The notes under the pieces: model-generated
Told to the model about the DNA's origin: nothing
The model's input: the letters and a program-made list of their open reading frames with translations, nothing else
Databases searched by the model: none
Position numbers and translations under genes: made by a program
IMG/VR virus record: IMGVR_UViG_3300046804_002724
Location: 645 to 64,644 of that record
From: a virus
Taxonomy: Duplodnaviria > Caudoviricetes
Direction: 5' to 3' (one strand)
Length of the DNA stretch: 64,000 bases
Shown: piece by piece, positions 6,915 through 17,617 of the stretch
Layout: each line of letters begins with the position of its first letter
How positions within the stretch are numbered: the first letter of the stretch is position 1

Positions 6915-8456
6915 ATGGCAAGAAAATTTTTAGTTAGTTTAGACCTCAATAAAAATGAGTTGCTAAATGCTAGATTACAAAATCTGTCTTCCGACCCATC
7001 TTCGCCAGTCGCAGGTCAGATTTATTATAATACTTCAGCAAAAGAAACTCGTTTCTATGATGGAACACAATGGATTGCAGGAGGAGCAACAAAATACGGT
7101 TTATTAGCAAATAGACCTTCTGCATCAAAAGGCGGAATTTTATATGTAGCCACAGACACACAAACTCTATATATAGATAATGGTACCTCATGGGTTCAGA
7201 TATCAGTAAATCCTCAAGATTTAACAGATGCAATAAACGATCACAACAATAACACCTCTGGAGTTCACGGTGTTACTGGTAATGTTGTAGGAACAACAGA
7301 TTCTCAAACATTAACCAACAAAGTTTTAGGCTCAAACACTAGCCTTGGAAGCGCATTAGATGCGGATGGATACCAAATCCACTGGGTGGGCGATCCAACG
7401 GATAATAAGGATGCTGCGAATAAAGAATATGTAGATACTCAGGTAAATAACCATAACTCTTCAACAAGCGACGTACACGGAATTACTGGAGATGTTGTTG
7501 GAACTACAGATTCACAAACATTAAGCAATAAGACAATTTCAGATGCTTTAAAGTTTAACGATGGTTCAAACGATAGCACAATTGATGTAGATGGAAATAA
7601 TTTCTATATTAATGCTAATAATAATTTACAATTATCTACAGCAAATGGTGATATAGAGTTACAGCCAGACGGATACGCTAAAGTATACGGAGATAGAATT
7701 GTTACTCAGGAAGCTAACCAGACTTTAACAAATAAAAGCCTAGGATCTGGAACACAATTATCATCTAATTTAGATGCAAATTCAAATAAGATTGTAAATC
7801 TTACTGATCCTACTGCAAATCAAGATGCTGCTACAAAAGCGTATGTTGATTCTCAAGTTTCAGATTCATTGCTTACATTTTATGGAACAGAAGATGAAGT
7901 AGAAGTTTCTAAGATTGGTAATGATGTAACAATTGGTTTACCAGATAACGTAACAGTAACTGGAGAAATTACAGCATCAACAGCACATATTACTGGAGAT
8001 GTTCAGATTGAGGGAGACCTTAATGTAACAGGATCTATTAATGCTGTTAATACTACTCAGGTAAATATTTCTGATAATGTAATTAATTTAAACAGCGATA
8101 TGCCAGAAGATCAGTCTCCGACAGTAGATGCTGGAATTAAGGTACACCGTGGTACAGAATCAGATGTACAGCTTTTATGGAATGAAACATCAGATCAATG
8201 GACATTGACCAATGATGGATCAAACTATCATTCTATTGCAAGAAAATTTGCAGGAAATATTGGAAATGGAGTAGCAACTTCATTTACAGTAACCCACAAT
8301 CTTGGAACAAAGGATGTAACTGTTCAAATATTTGAAAATAATGAAGTTTATGCACAAGTTGAGGCAGACGTAGAACATACATCAACATCTGCTGTTACAA
8401 TTAAATTTGCAGAAGCTCCAGCTACAAATGAGTATAGAGTAGTAATTGTAGGATAA
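6915..8456 (+). CDS. Fibre protein
   Basis: Repeated QTLTNK, VHG, and DAA(N/T)K.YVD fibre motifs; C-terminal THNLGT domain. Confidence 0.75.
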   Translation: MARKFLVSLDLNKNELLNARLQNLSSDPSSPVAGQIYYNTSAKETRFYDGTQWIAGGATKYGLLANRPSASKGGILYVATDTQTLYIDNGTSWVQISVNPQDLTDAINDHNNNTSGVHGVTGNVVGTTDSQTLTNKVLGSNTSLGSALDADGYQIHWVGDPTDNKDAANKEYVDTQVNNHNSSTSDVHGITGDVVGTTDSQTLSNKTISDALKFNDGSNDSTIDVDGNNFYINANNNLQLSTANGDIELQPDGYAKVYGDRIVTQEANQTLTNKSLGSGTQLSSNLDANSNKIVNLTDPTANQDAATKAYVDSQVSDSLLTFYGTEDEVEVSKIGNDVTIGLPDNVTVTGEITASTAHITGDVQIEGDLNVTGSINAVNTTQVNISDNVINLNSDMPEDQSPTVDAGIKVHRGTESDVQLLWNETSDQWTLTNDGSNYHSIARKFAGNIGNGVATSFTVTHNLGTKDVTVQIFENNEVYAQVEADVEHTSTSAVTIKFAEAPATNEYRVVIVG

Positions 8457-8457
8457 C

Positions 8458-8832
8458 ATGTCAAGAAAATTTAAGTCTTTACTTAACTTAACTACACTAG
8501 CCTCCGACCCAGTTGGGTCGGAAGGCGATGTGTTTTTTAATACAACAGATAAAGCCTTAAAAATTCATAATGGTACTACATGGGTTATTCTTTCACAAAA
8601 TACAGATCCAACACCTTTTTATATGCACACGCATACATATGATGGAGATGTTCATACTATTGATATATCTAATCCTATAACATTTAAAGATATAAATAAT
8701 GAGGATCCCGCAACCGTGCAAGAAGAAATTCCTGCTATAATTGGTATGGATGGCGGTAGCCCAAATTCATTATATAATAATCCAAGTTTTGTAAACTTGA
8801 CATTATTAGACGGAGGAGAAGTTGGCAACTAA
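8458..8832 (+). CDS. Small fibre-associated protein
   Basis: N-terminus resembles that of the preceding gene (RKF..L.L...SDP...G.VFFNT). Confidence 0.6.
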   Translation: MSRKFKSLLNLTTLASDPVGSEGDVFFNTTDKALKIHNGTTWVILSQNTDPTPFYMHTHTYDGDVHTIDISNPITFKDINNEDPATVQEEIPAIIGMDGGSPNSLYNNPSFVNLTLLDGGEVGN

Positions 8833-9373
8833 TTTCCCAACGAGTTTAGATAATTTATCTAATCCTCAAGGTACAGATAGCCTAGCAGGCCATGCTGCAT
8901 TGCATGGAAATGTTAATGATGCTTTAGAAGCATTGCAAGCAAAAGTTGGAGTTAATAACTCTGGCGATTCTAATTCTATTGATTATAAAGTGAGTCAACT
9001 AGAATCTCAATTATCAAATCTAGATAATCAATCCGATAGCACATTAAGCATTCTTGGGCTAGAAGGAAATAACGATTTAACAATCACTGGTCTTGAAAAT
9101 AAGACAACCGTAGACACATTTAATGCTGATATTTACAGAACAGTTAAATATGATTTACAAATAACAAGGGGAAATGAATATTATTCATCTACTTTTCTTT
9201 TACTAAATGATGGAACAAATATAAACGTATCAGAAACTGACATTATTTCAAATACTAATAATGTTTTAGCAACTGTTACATTTGAAACAAATTCAGGTAT
9301 AATTGGATTATGCGTTACGCCTACGACATCTGCTGTAACAGCAAGATACGTAAGATTAGCGCTTAAATCCTAA
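8822..9373 (+). CDS. Fibre-associated structural protein
   Basis: TNFPTSLD N-terminus, coiled coil, and a C-terminal YRTVKY domain shared with the next gene. Confidence 0.65.
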   Translation: MATNFPTSLDNLSNPQGTDSLAGHAALHGNVNDALEALQAKVGVNNSGDSNSIDYKVSQLESQLSNLDNQSDSTLSILGLEGNNDLTITGLENKTTVDTFNADIYRTVKYDLQITRGNEYYSSTFLLLNDGTNINVSETDIISNTNNVLATVTFETNSGIIGLCVTPTTSAVTARYVRLALKS

Positions 9374-9390
9374 ATTGGGAGGTTGTCAGA

Positions 9391-11013
9391 GTGGCAACAG
9401 TAAATAAAAATTTTAGAGTAAAAAATGGTCTGGTAGTTGAAGGAAATACAGCTACCGTAAATGGCTATGATATATTAACAAAGGCATCAGCAGATCAATC
9501 TTATATTATTGATCTTATTGGTGGCACAGCCACTTCAGCAAATACAGCCAATACAGTTGTAAAACGTGACGCCTCTGGCAATTTTTCTGCTGGAACAATC
9601 ACAGCAACATTTAGTGGAAATTTAACTGGCGACGTAACTGGTACAGTTTCAAGTCTTTCAAATCATGACACAGGTGATTTAACAGAAGGTTCTAACCTTT
9701 ATTTCACAGATACTCGTGCAAAAGAATCAGCAGCAGATCTTCTTGTAAATGCAACAAAAACTAATATACAAATTACAGGAGACGAAAACGGTTTAACCAT
9801 AACTGCCGAAAATGGTGTAGCAGATTCTACAACAGATGATTTGGCAGAAGGTTCAACAAGATTATATTTCACAACTTCACGAGCACGTGAGGCAATTTCT
9901 GGCGGAACAGGAATTTCTTATAACGACTCAACTGGAGTAGTATCAGTAGATAATACTATTGCTACTAAAACATATGCAGACAATGCAGCATCAAATGCAG
10001 TAAACGCCCTTAGCACAGATGATATTGAAGAAGGATCTTCAAATGTTTACTTTACAAATGGTCGTGCAAGAAATGCAGTATCTGCTGGAACAGGTATAAC
10101 ATACAGCTCAGCAGACGGTGTTATTAGTGTAACATCTGGAACATACGATGCATATGGAGCTGCTTCAACAGCAGAAGGAAATGCAAATACATACACAGAT
10201 AATGCTATAAATGCATTAACTACAGATGATATTGAAGAAGGTTCTTCAAATAAGTATTATTCAGATTCTCTTGCAAGAGCAGCCGTAAGCGCTGGTTCAG
10301 GTTTAGACTATAACTCTTCAACTGGTGAATTTTCTGTTGATACTACAACAATTGCTAATAAATCATATGTTGATACAGCAATATCTAATTTAGTAGATGG
10401 AGCTCCAGGGCTTTTAGATACATTAAATGAAATTGCAGCAGCAATTAATGACGATGCAAATTACTTTACAACAGTAGCAAATAGCATTGCTGGCAAACTA
10501 GCATTAGCTGGCGGAACTATGACTGGAGCATTAGTTCTTGCTTCAGATCCAGTAAATGCTTTAGAAGCAGCAACAAAACAATATGTTGATTCAGCTCAAT
10601 CAGCTGCTCAATCAGCTGCAGAATCTACAGCTCAAGGTGCATTGAATGATGTACTTGATGGAACAACAGACTTTACAGCACTTGATGTAAATTCAGTTTC
10701 TCGTCAAATTGCAGCTACCACAGGTAATATAGTAACAGCTGCAGCAACAACAGCAATAAGCTGGGCAAAAGCAGATTATAGAACTGCTAAAATTCTTGTT
10801 AAGGCAAAAAATGGATCTCACACACATGTATCAGAAGTTATAGTAACACTTGATACTTCAGATAATATTGCTCTTAATGAATATGCAATTACAACAACAA
10901 ATGGACCACTCATGACAATTGATGCTGATATTAACAGCGGAAGTGTAAGACTTCGTGTGACTCCAGAAAATAATAATACAGAGGTAATAGCTCACGCTAC
11001 ACTTCTAGTCTAA
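9391..11013 (+). CDS. Fibre protein with TDD(L/I)xEGSSN.YFT..RAR repeats
   Basis: Four such repeats plus the APGLLDTLNEIAAAI fibre motif. Confidence 0.78.
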   Translation: MATVNKNFRVKNGLVVEGNTATVNGYDILTKASADQSYIIDLIGGTATSANTANTVVKRDASGNFSAGTITATFSGNLTGDVTGTVSSLSNHDTGDLTEGSNLYFTDTRAKESAADLLVNATKTNIQITGDENGLTITAENGVADSTTDDLAEGSTRLYFTTSRAREAISGGTGISYNDSTGVVSVDNTIATKTYADNAASNAVNALSTDDIEEGSSNVYFTNGRARNAVSAGTGITYSSADGVISVTSGTYDAYGAASTAEGNANTYTDNAINALTTDDIEEGSSNKYYSDSLARAAVSAGSGLDYNSSTGEFSVDTTTIANKSYVDTAISNLVDGAPGLLDTLNEIAAAINDDANYFTTVANSIAGKLALAGGTMTGALVLASDPVNALEAATKQYVDSAQSAAQSAAESTAQGALNDVLDGTTDFTALDVNSVSRQIAATTGNIVTAAATTAISWAKADYRTAKILVKAKNGSHTHVSEVIVTLDTSDNIALNEYAITTTNGPLMTIDADINSGSVRLRVTPENNNTEVIAHATLLV

Positions 11014-11029
11014 CAATTAAATATTAATT

Positions 11030-11053
11030 GGTGGGGGATTAAGTTCCCCCACC
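11030..11053 (+). promoter_or_regulatory. GC-rich intergenic hairpin without a U-tract
   Basis: GGTGGGGGA-N6-TCCCCCACC. Confidence 0.55.
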
Positions 11054-11077
11054 TAAAATTCGGGGGAAATTGAACTC

Positions 11078-11398
11078 GTGGCAACAAATAATAAAGATTT
11101 TAAAGTTAAAAATAACCTTGTAGTCCAATCAGGACAGGTTACATTAGGCGACGTACCCCTAGCATTTAATGCTGAAAATAATAAATTAAGAATTCAAGTT
11201 AACGGACAATGGATAGATATATCAGATTCTAATGATCTATCATTTATGGATGTTAATTTGGCAATTGATTATAATGGATCGCCAATATATTCTATTGGCG
11301 GAGACGGGGTATACGTTGACACCTATAAAATGGCTGACGGCGGAACCCCAAATAGTTCATCATTTGCTTATACATTTGATTCAGGAGTGATTTCCTAG
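11078..11398 (+). CDS. Small fibre-associated protein
   Basis: N-terminus MATNNKDFKVKNNLVV is paralogous to MATVNKNFRVKNGLVV of gene 9391. Confidence 0.65.
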   Translation: MATNNKDFKVKNNLVVQSGQVTLGDVPLAFNAENNKLRIQVNGQWIDISDSNDLSFMDVNLAIDYNGSPIYSIGGDGVYVDTYKMADGGTPNSSSFAYTFDSGVIS

Positions 11399-11411
11399 TA
11401 AAATGAGCAAA

Positions 11412-11420
11412 TGGTATAAT
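11412..11420 (+). promoter_or_regulatory. Extended -10 promoter TGGTATAAT
   Basis: Matches the recurrent TGnTATAAT motif; lies upstream of the 11446-17582 gene string. Confidence 0.6.
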
Positions 11421-11445
11421 TCTAATATAGGGGATATAAAATAAA

Positions 11446-14400
11446 ATGGCAACAGTAAGAATTCAACTTAGAAGAGGCACATACGACCAATGGGATTCAG
11501 CAAATCCTACATTGGCAGCAGGAGAAATTGGTATTGAAACAGATACCAATAATTTTAAATTTGGTGATGGAGAAACAGCCTGGAGAGACCTTAGCTATGC
11601 GCTAACAAATTCAGATGATTATGTTTTAACATCAGGTTTATTTGGTCAAGCAGATGGAGTTCCACAATTAGATAACAATGGTTATATTAAAGCCATTAAT
11701 CTTCCTCCATTAGCAAAAGTTACTGTTAACTCTGTAGCAAATCAAGCGGCTCGTTTAGCACTTACTGTTGAGCCAGGCGATATTGCAATTCAAACAGATA
11801 ATGGAACAACATATGTTTTAGCTTCATCCCCAGCAACAAACAATGCAAACTGGAAAGAAATTTCAGCAACGGCAGCAATTAATGCTTCAATTGCTGCTCA
11901 CGAATCTGATACAACAGATGTACATGGAATCGCTGATACAGCAGCACTTGCAACAAAAACTTATGCTGATACAGCAGCATCAAATGCACAGTCTGCTGCA
12001 GCATCTGCATTATCTTCACACGAAGCAGATACAACAAATGTTCACGGAATTGCAGACACAAGTATTTTAGTAACAACAACTGCAAATCAAACATTAACTA
12101 CAAAAACTTTATCGTCTCCAGTATTGACTGGAACACCAACTGCTCCAACAGCAAATGCAGGAACAGATACTACTCAAATTGCAACAACTGCATTCGTTCA
12201 AGATGCAATTGAATCTGTTGTTGGCGCTGCGCCATCTGCATTAAATACTCTTGTAGAAATAGCAACTTCTTTAAATAATGATGCAGACCTTGCAGGAACA
12301 TTAACTTCATCTATTTCTACCAAGGTTGATAAATCAGGCGATACAATGACTGGCGTTCTTAATATGGGAACAAATAAAATTACAGATCTTGCAACAGCAA
12401 CAGCAATTTATGATGCTGCAAATAAATTTTATGTAGATCAAAGATCAATGGCTGATGTTGGCGCACATAATAGTGCAACTACAAATATTCACGGTATTGG
12501 AGATGTAGCGGATTTAGTTTATACAGATGATTCAAGATTATCTGATGAAAGAACTCCTGTAAACCTTTCAGTATCTACAGATAAACTTGCAAATCTTTCA
12601 GTTACAACTGCTAAACTAGATGATGACTCAGTAACAACTAATAAAATTGTTGACAATGCTATTACATCAGATAAACTTGCAACAGATTCTATAACATCAG
12701 TTAAAATTCAAAACAATGCAGTAGAAACTGATAAACTTGCAAATAATGCTGTTACATCAGGAAAAATTGCAACAGATTCTGTTACATCAGGTAAAATTCA
12801 AAACAATGCAGTAGAAACTGATAAAATTGCAAATGATGCAGTTACAAGTGCTAAACTTGCAAATGATGCAGTTACAACTGCCAAACTGCTTGATGATGCA
12901 GTTACAACTGCCAAGATTGAAACTAATGCTATCACAACAGAAAAAATTATAAATGATGCAATTACAACTGATAAAATTGCAGATTCTAATGTTACAGAAG
13001 CAAAGATTAACACATCTGCTGTAACTACAAATAAAATTAACAATGGTGCAGTTACAACTGACAAGTTGGCAGATGGTGCAGTAACTTCTGGCAAAATTGC
13101 AGATGGAACTATTGTAAATGCAGATATATCTGCATCAGCAGCAATTGATTGGACTAAATTAGCAGTTTCTTCAACAGTTTCTGCTACCGAATTAGGATAT
13201 GTTGATGGTGTTACATCAGCAATTCAAACTCAGCTAGATGCTAAATTAGCTTCAGCCACTGCCGCTTCAACCTATGCGCCAATCGCTTCACCAACATTTA
13301 CTGGCACAGTATCTGGCGTTACAAAAACCATGGTTGGCCTTGGCAACGTAGACAATACCTCAGATGCTAACAAACCAGTATCAACTGCTACACAAACTGC
13401 TTTAGATCTTAAGGCAAATTTAGCTGGACCAACATTTACTGGAACAGTTGTTCTTCCAAGCACAACAAGTATTGGAAATGTTTCGGCAACTGAAATTGGA
13501 TATGTAGACGGAGTTACATCCGCAATTCAGACACAACTAGATGCTAAATTAGCTTCAGCCACTGCCGCTTCAACCTATGCGCCAATCGCTTCACCAACAT
13601 TTACTGGCACAGTATCTGGCGTTACAAAGACTATGGTTGGCCTTGGTAATGTAGACAATACTGCAGATGTGGATAAGCCAGTATCAACTGCTACACAAAC
13701 TGCTCTTAATGCCAAATTAGCATTAGCTGGCGGAACAATGACAGGGGCATTAACACTTTCAGGTGCACCTTTATCAGATTTACATGCAGCAACAAAAGCA
13801 TATGTAGATGCAGCAGTTAATAATATTAACGTACACGAATCTGTAGTTGCAGCTACCACAGGAAACGTAAACCTCACAAATGCAGTAGATAACAATAAGA
13901 CACTCGATGGAGTAACTCTTTCTACTGGAAATCGTATTCTTGTAAAGAATCAGAATACTGCTTCTCAAAATGGTGTCTATATCGTAGCATCAAGCGGTGC
14001 ACCAACACGTGCAACAGATTATGATGCAGCAGGAGAAGTTTCCGCTGGTGACTTTATATTCGTCAAGGGCGGAACAGTAAATGCTAATACAGGATGGATT
14101 CAAACAGCAGATGTTACAACTGTTGGAACAGATTCACTTACATTTACGCAATTCTCTGGTGCTGGTACATATACAGCAAATAATGGTTTGACGCTAACTG
14201 GTACAACATTTAGTATCAATACAGCAGTTACAGCAGATTTAACAAGTGCTCAAACATTAACAAATAAAACATTAACAAGTCCAACATTAACTACACCAGC
14301 TCTTGGAACCCCAGCATCTGGTGTTATGACAAATGTTACAGGACTTCCATTAACAACAGGTGTAACTGGAACTCTTCCAGTTGCAAATGGTGGTACAGGA

Positions 14401-15072
14401 ATTACATCACTAGGTACTGGTGTTGCAACAGCCCTTGGAGTTAACGTAGGTTCTTCTGGTGCATTTGTTGCAAATGGTGGAGCATTGGGTACACCATCAA
14501 GCGGTACACTTACAAATGCTACAGGATTGCCAGTAAGCACTGGTATTTCAGGTCTTGGAACTGGTGTAGCCACATTCCTTGGAACTCCTTCATCTGCAAA
14601 CCTTGCTTCAGCAATCACAGATGAGACAGGTTCTGGTGCATTAGTATTTGCAACAAGCCCAACGCTTGTTACACCTACTTTAGGTGCAGCATCTGCAACA
14701 AGCATTGCATTCTCAGACGGAACACAATCTAAAGAAGGCGTTCCTTCAAGAACAACTATTGTTCAAAAATCTGCAGCATATACTTTATCATCATTAACTG
14801 AAAGAGATAATCTAATTGAAATGAACTCAGCATCAGCTGTAACATTAACAATTCCTTTAAATTCTGCAGTAGCTTATCCAGTAGGAACATCTATAGATAT
14901 CTTAGCAACTGGAGCTGGACAAGTTTCAATTAACGGAACAGCTGGAGTTACAATTAACTGTACCCCATCAGGTGGTACAAACATAGCAAAATTACGTACA
15001 CAATGGTCTTCTGCAACTCTTTTCAAGAGAGCTACAGATACTTGGGTAGTAATGGGCGACCTATCAGCATAA
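11446..15072 (+). CDS. Long fibre protein, Mtd-N-like N-terminus with decapeptide repeats
   Basis: [31 protein letters not shown]-terminus, about 19 AVTTxKIAD-type repeats, and multiple fibre modules. Confidence 0.82.
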   Translation: MATVRIQLRRGTYDQWDSANPTLAAGEIGIETDTNNFKFGDGETAWRDLSYALTNSDDYVLTSGLFGQADGVPQLDNNGYIKAINLPPLAKVTVNSVANQAARLALTVEPGDIAIQTDNGTTYVLASSPATNNANWKEISATAAINASIAAHESDTTDVHGIADTAALATKTYADTAASNAQSAAASALSSHEADTTNVHGIADTSILVTTTANQTLTTKTLSSPVLTGTPTAPTANAGTDTTQIATTAFVQDAIESVVGAAPSALNTLVEIATSLNNDADLAGTLTSSISTKVDKSGDTMTGVLNMGTNKITDLATATAIYDAANKFYVDQRSMADVGAHNSATTNIHGIGDVADLVYTDDSRLSDERTPVNLSVSTDKLANLSVTTAKLDDDSVTTNKIVDNAITSDKLATDSITSVKIQNNAVETDKLANNAVTSGKIATDSVTSGKIQNNAVETDKIANDAVTSAKLANDAVTTAKLLDDAVTTAKIETNAITTEKIINDAITTDKIADSNVTEAKINTSAVTTNKINNGAVTTDKLADGAVTSGKIADGTIVNADISASAAIDWTKLAVSSTVSATELGYVDGVTSAIQTQLDAKLASATAASTYAPIASPTFTGTVSGVTKTMVGLGNVDNTSDANKPVSTATQTALDLKANLAGPTFTGTVVLPSTTSIGNVSATEIGYVDGVTSAIQTQLDAKLASATAASTYAPIASPTFTGTVSGVTKTMVGLGNVDNTADVDKPVSTATQTALNAKLALAGGTMTGALTLSGAPLSDLHAATKAYVDAAVNNINVHESVVAATTGNVNLTNAVDNNKTLDGVTLSTGNRILVKNQNTASQNGVYIVASSGAPTRATDYDAAGEVSAGDFIFVKGGTVNANTGWIQTADVTTVGTDSLTFTQFSGAGTYTANNGLTLTGTTFSINTAVTADLTSAQTLTNKTLTSPTLTTPALGTPASGVMTNVTGLPLTTGVTGTLPVANGGTGITSLGTGVATALGVNVGSSGAFVANGGALGTPSSGTLTNATGLPVSTGISGLGTGVATFLGTPSSANLASAITDETGSGALVFATSPTLVTPTLGAASATSIAFSDGTQSKEGVPSRTTIVQKSAAYTLSSLTERDNLIEMNSASAVTLTIPLNSAVAYPVGTSIDILATGAGQVSINGTAGVTINCTPSGGTNIAKLRTQWSSATLFKRATDTWVVMGDLSA
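12562..13130 (+). repeat. About 19 tandem 10-aa repeats (x-A-V-T-T-x-K-[IL]-A-[DN])
   Basis: Visible in translation, with 30-nt periodicity in the DNA. Confidence 0.85.
13234..13628 (+). repeat. 92-bp perfect direct repeat (13234-13325 and 13537-13628) within a longer module duplication
   Basis: Direct comparison; offset of 303 nt (101 codons). Confidence 0.85.
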
Positions 15073-15088
15073 TAAATTAGGAGTAAAA

Positions 15089-16474
15089 ATGGCAACAATA
15101 AGAAAAGGTAATAAGTCAGCTGCACAAGATAATTTTATTGGACCAAATCCAGTAACAAATCTTGTTGCAACAGACGTAGGTTCTGGAAGAGCATATAATA
15201 ACGGAAGAATAGATCTTTCATGGACTAATCCAACAACAGGAAATACGCCAACAGGGTATAAAATAATTAGGGGTGGCACAGAAATTGCAACTGTAGCACA
15301 TCCAACTAATACTTATTCAAATACTGGCTTATCTTCAGCAACTTTATATTCTTATACAGTAACCGCATATGATTCATATGCTTCAGCTTCTACATCAAAT
15401 ACTGCTACTGCTACTGCAACTACTGTTCCAGCAACAATGTCTGCTCCAACCGCAACAGCTGCTGTTGATGCAGATACTGTAGCATGGACTGCTCCAGCTG
15501 ATGGCGGTTCAACAATTATAGATTATTATATTGAATCTAATGAAAGTCCAGTAAAAACAAAAACAGTAACTCAGGCTGGATCAGGAAATACAAACGTTAC
15601 TAACGAAGCAAATACTTCTCAAGCATATAGAGTAAGAGCTAGAAATGCAAATGGAAGCGGAGATTTTTCTGGGTATTCTAACTCAGTTACAACGCAAGCT
15701 CCGTCTTTCTTTGGGCCACCAAGCTTCTTTAGCCCACCAGGATTCTTTGGACCACCAAGCTTCTTCGGTCCTCCAAGCTTCTTCGGTCCTCCAGGATTCT
15801 TCGGTCCTCCAGGATTCTTCGGTCCTCCAAGCTTCTTTGGTCCTCCAGGATTCTTCGGTCCTCCAGGATTCTTCGGTCCTCCAGGATTCTTCGGTCCTCC
15901 AGGATTCTTCAGTCCACCGTCATTTTGGAAGAGCGTTGGAATTAATACACTCTTAAGAACACCAAATGGAATGGTTTCGGCTGGACAAATTCAAGTAGGG
16001 GATGAAGTAATAGGACTTCAAATACCTGGAATGCCAGATAATTATTGGTTATTAGATGATGGAACACATGGAACCTATCAAGATTTTGTGTATACTCCAG
16101 AACAAATAGAAAATGCAACAGAAGCAATTGTTACAGTAGTTGGTAAAAGACTACACGAAACAGTTGGCGCCGTTGCGGTTAATGGTGATATTTATACAAT
16201 AAATCACTTAATTCTTGCAAAAAGAGATGGGGAAATTAGAACATTAAATACCACTACATTGCAAAATACTGATTTAATATATAACTATCAAACTAAAGAC
16301 TTTGTACCTATTGAATCTTTAGAGCTTAATTCAGAAATTACAATTCAGTCTTATTCTATAAACGTAGAACCATGGGATTTCTACTTTACAGAAAATGGAT
16401 TAACATTTGATATGCAAGCTCTGGAATCATCACTATCTGGTTCGAATGATCCAGATGGACCAGGACCACTATAA
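15089..16474 (+). CDS. Fn3-Fn3-(PP[G/S]FF[G/S])x13-Hint domain protein
   Basis: Two Fn3 folds ([14 protein letters not shown] and [18 protein letters not shown]), then 13 hexapeptides at aa 204-281. Hint block [21 protein letters not shown], block B TINH, block [22 protein letters not shown]. Confidence 0.8.
   Translation: MATIRKGNKSAAQDNFIGPNPVTNLVATDVGSGRAYNNGRIDLSWTNPTTGNTPTGYKIIRGGTEIATVAHPTNTYSNTGLSSATLYSYTVTAYDSYASASTSNTATATATTVPATMSAPTATAAVDADTVAWTAPADGGSTIIDYYIESNESPVKTKTVTQAGSGNTNVTNEANTSQAYRVRARNANGSGDFSGYSNSVTTQAPSFFGPPSFFSPPGFFGPPSFFGPPSFFGPPGFFGPPGFFGPPSFFGPPGFFGPPGFFGPPGFFGPPGFFSPPSFWKSVGINTLLRTPNGMVSAGQIQVGDEVIGLQIPGMPDNYWLLDDGTHGTYQDFVYTPEQIENATEAIVTVVGKRLHETVGAVAVNGDIYTINHLILAKRDGEIRTLNTTTLQNTDLIYNYQTKDFVPIESLELNSEITIQSYSINVEPWDFYFTENGLTFDMQALESSLSGSNDPDGPGPL
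15698..15931 (+). repeat. 13 x 18-nt in-frame tandem repeat (core ggtcctccaggattcttc)
   Basis: Directly visible; 234 nt long. Confidence 0.95.
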
Positions 16475-16483
16475 AATTAATCA

Positions 16484-17023
16484 GTGAAGTTTAAAGTAGG
16501 TGAATCTGGAAAAGAAATAGATAAGAATATTTCTTATCAATCTTTTCCAGAAACACTATATAAAGAAAAAATATGGGGTCATTTTGCATTTATTCATGAC
16601 AAAGAATACCATATAAGAACAATATGTTCAGCATATAACACTGACAGATACGAACCTGGAACTATAGTTGTTTCAAATAAAGTATTTAATGAATTTCCAA
16701 TAGCACAAAGTGCATGGAATATGGATAATAAAATTAGTAGAATGTATGTCGATCCATTTTACAGAAATAAAAAAATTGCTACCTATAGCGTAATAACTAA
16801 CGATATGTTGGCTGTAAAATTAGGATATGAAATATGGTCTATTATATATGGTGAAAAAGGTGGAACCGAAGCAGGAGATCAATTATATAATAGTATATAT
16901 AATTTAGGTTTTGATGAAAAAAAGGTAGAAATAAATTATCAAGATATATTTCAGTATAGAAATTTTTCACACCCAGTGAACTACATAGATAAGAGAATTG
17001 TTTATGTTGAATCAGCAATATAG
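16484..17023 (+). CDS. GNAT-like acyltransferase
   Basis: Motif A-like ISRMYVDPFYRNKKIAT. Confidence 0.6.
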   Translation: MKFKVGESGKEIDKNISYQSFPETLYKEKIWGHFAFIHDKEYHIRTICSAYNTDRYEPGTIVVSNKVFNEFPIAQSAWNMDNKISRMYVDPFYRNKKIATYSVITNDMLAVKLGYEIWSIIYGEKGGTEAGDQLYNSIYNLGFDEKKVEINYQDIFQYRNFSHPVNYIDKRIVYVESAI

Positions 17024-17582
17024 TAAAATAAAATTTATTAAAAATAAATTAGACATTGATTTTAATTTAGAAAATGTAGAATCAATGTCTTTTAAAAAAG
17101 ATGAATTATATTATGTTGAAAACAACAGTTTAGTAAAACAAAAAGAAATATTTAATTTTTCAAAAAATATATTCTCAATTTATGTAGATGAATGTTTTGA
17201 TTTATATAAAAATATTTCTATAATTCTTAAAGAAGTTTGTAATCAATATGATATAAATATTGAAAAACAAAAATATATGATTTTTGGCAAACTTTCAACG
17301 TATGGAGAAAATACAAATAAAAATTGGTATGATTTTCCAGGAATAAATATACCGCAGCTGCACGGGTTTTATTTTATAGATGATCAAGAACATTCTGTTT
17401 CATTTAAAAACAATAATAATGTAATTAAAGAAAATTTTTATAAAAATGAAATATTTATAAATAAACCAACAGATCTAATTAATATAAAAGTAAAAAATGA
17501 ATGTAAGATTGTAGAATTTTATATTTATCCAATGTTAATGTTAAAACACAATGAACCAGGGGTCTGGATTCCAATCATTTAA
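16998..17582 (+). CDS. Hypothetical protein, possibly a degenerate 2OG-Fe(II)/cupin fold
   Basis: WYDF...LHGFYFI...F spacing resembles a DSBH core, but there is no HxD triad. Confidence 0.45.
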   Translation: MFMLNQQYSKIKFIKNKLDIDFNLENVESMSFKKDELYYVENNSLVKQKEIFNFSKNIFSIYVDECFDLYKNISIILKEVCNQYDINIEKQKYMIFGKLSTYGENTNKNWYDFPGINIPQLHGFYFIDDQEHSVSFKNNNNVIKENFYKNEIFINKPTDLINIKVKNECKIVEFYIYPMLMLKHNEPGVWIPII

Positions 17583-17588
17583 GATAAA

Positions 17589-17597
17589 TGATATAAT
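17589..17597 (+). promoter_or_regulatory. Extended -10 promoter TGATATAAT for the oxygenase operon
   Basis: Matches the recurrent motif; followed by a GAGGA SD and the ATG at 17618. Confidence 0.6.
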
Positions 17598-17617
17598 GTC
17601 TATAGAAAAGAGGATAT

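Noticed and set aside
13234-13628. Repeat pair as a diversity-generating retroelement TR/VR (prompted by the Mtd-like N-terminus)
   Set aside because: Both copies are inside one CDS, the differences are mostly synonymous rather than adenine-specific, and no reverse transcriptase is in the window.
12798-14705. Long minus-strand ORFs opposite the fibre gene (similar ones lie opposite the capsid, TMP and dnaE)
   Set aside because: These are antisense shadows of Ala/Thr/Val/Gly-rich coding sequence with no RBS or recognisable motifs.
15698-15931. Tandem repeat as a CRISPR array
   Set aside because: The units are contiguous 18-mers with no unique spacers, they are in frame within a CDS, and no cas genes are present.
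15645-15956. Alternate-frame ORF with (VLQDSS)n repeats
   Set aside because: It is a by-product of the stop-free 18-nt repeat and has no RBS. The main frame has coherent Fn3 and Hint domains.
15932-16411. Hint domain as a mobile intein
   Set aside because: It has no homing endonuclease, no terminal Asn followed by Cys/Ser/Thr, and is not inserted in a conserved enzyme. It is better treated as a resident autoprocessing domain.
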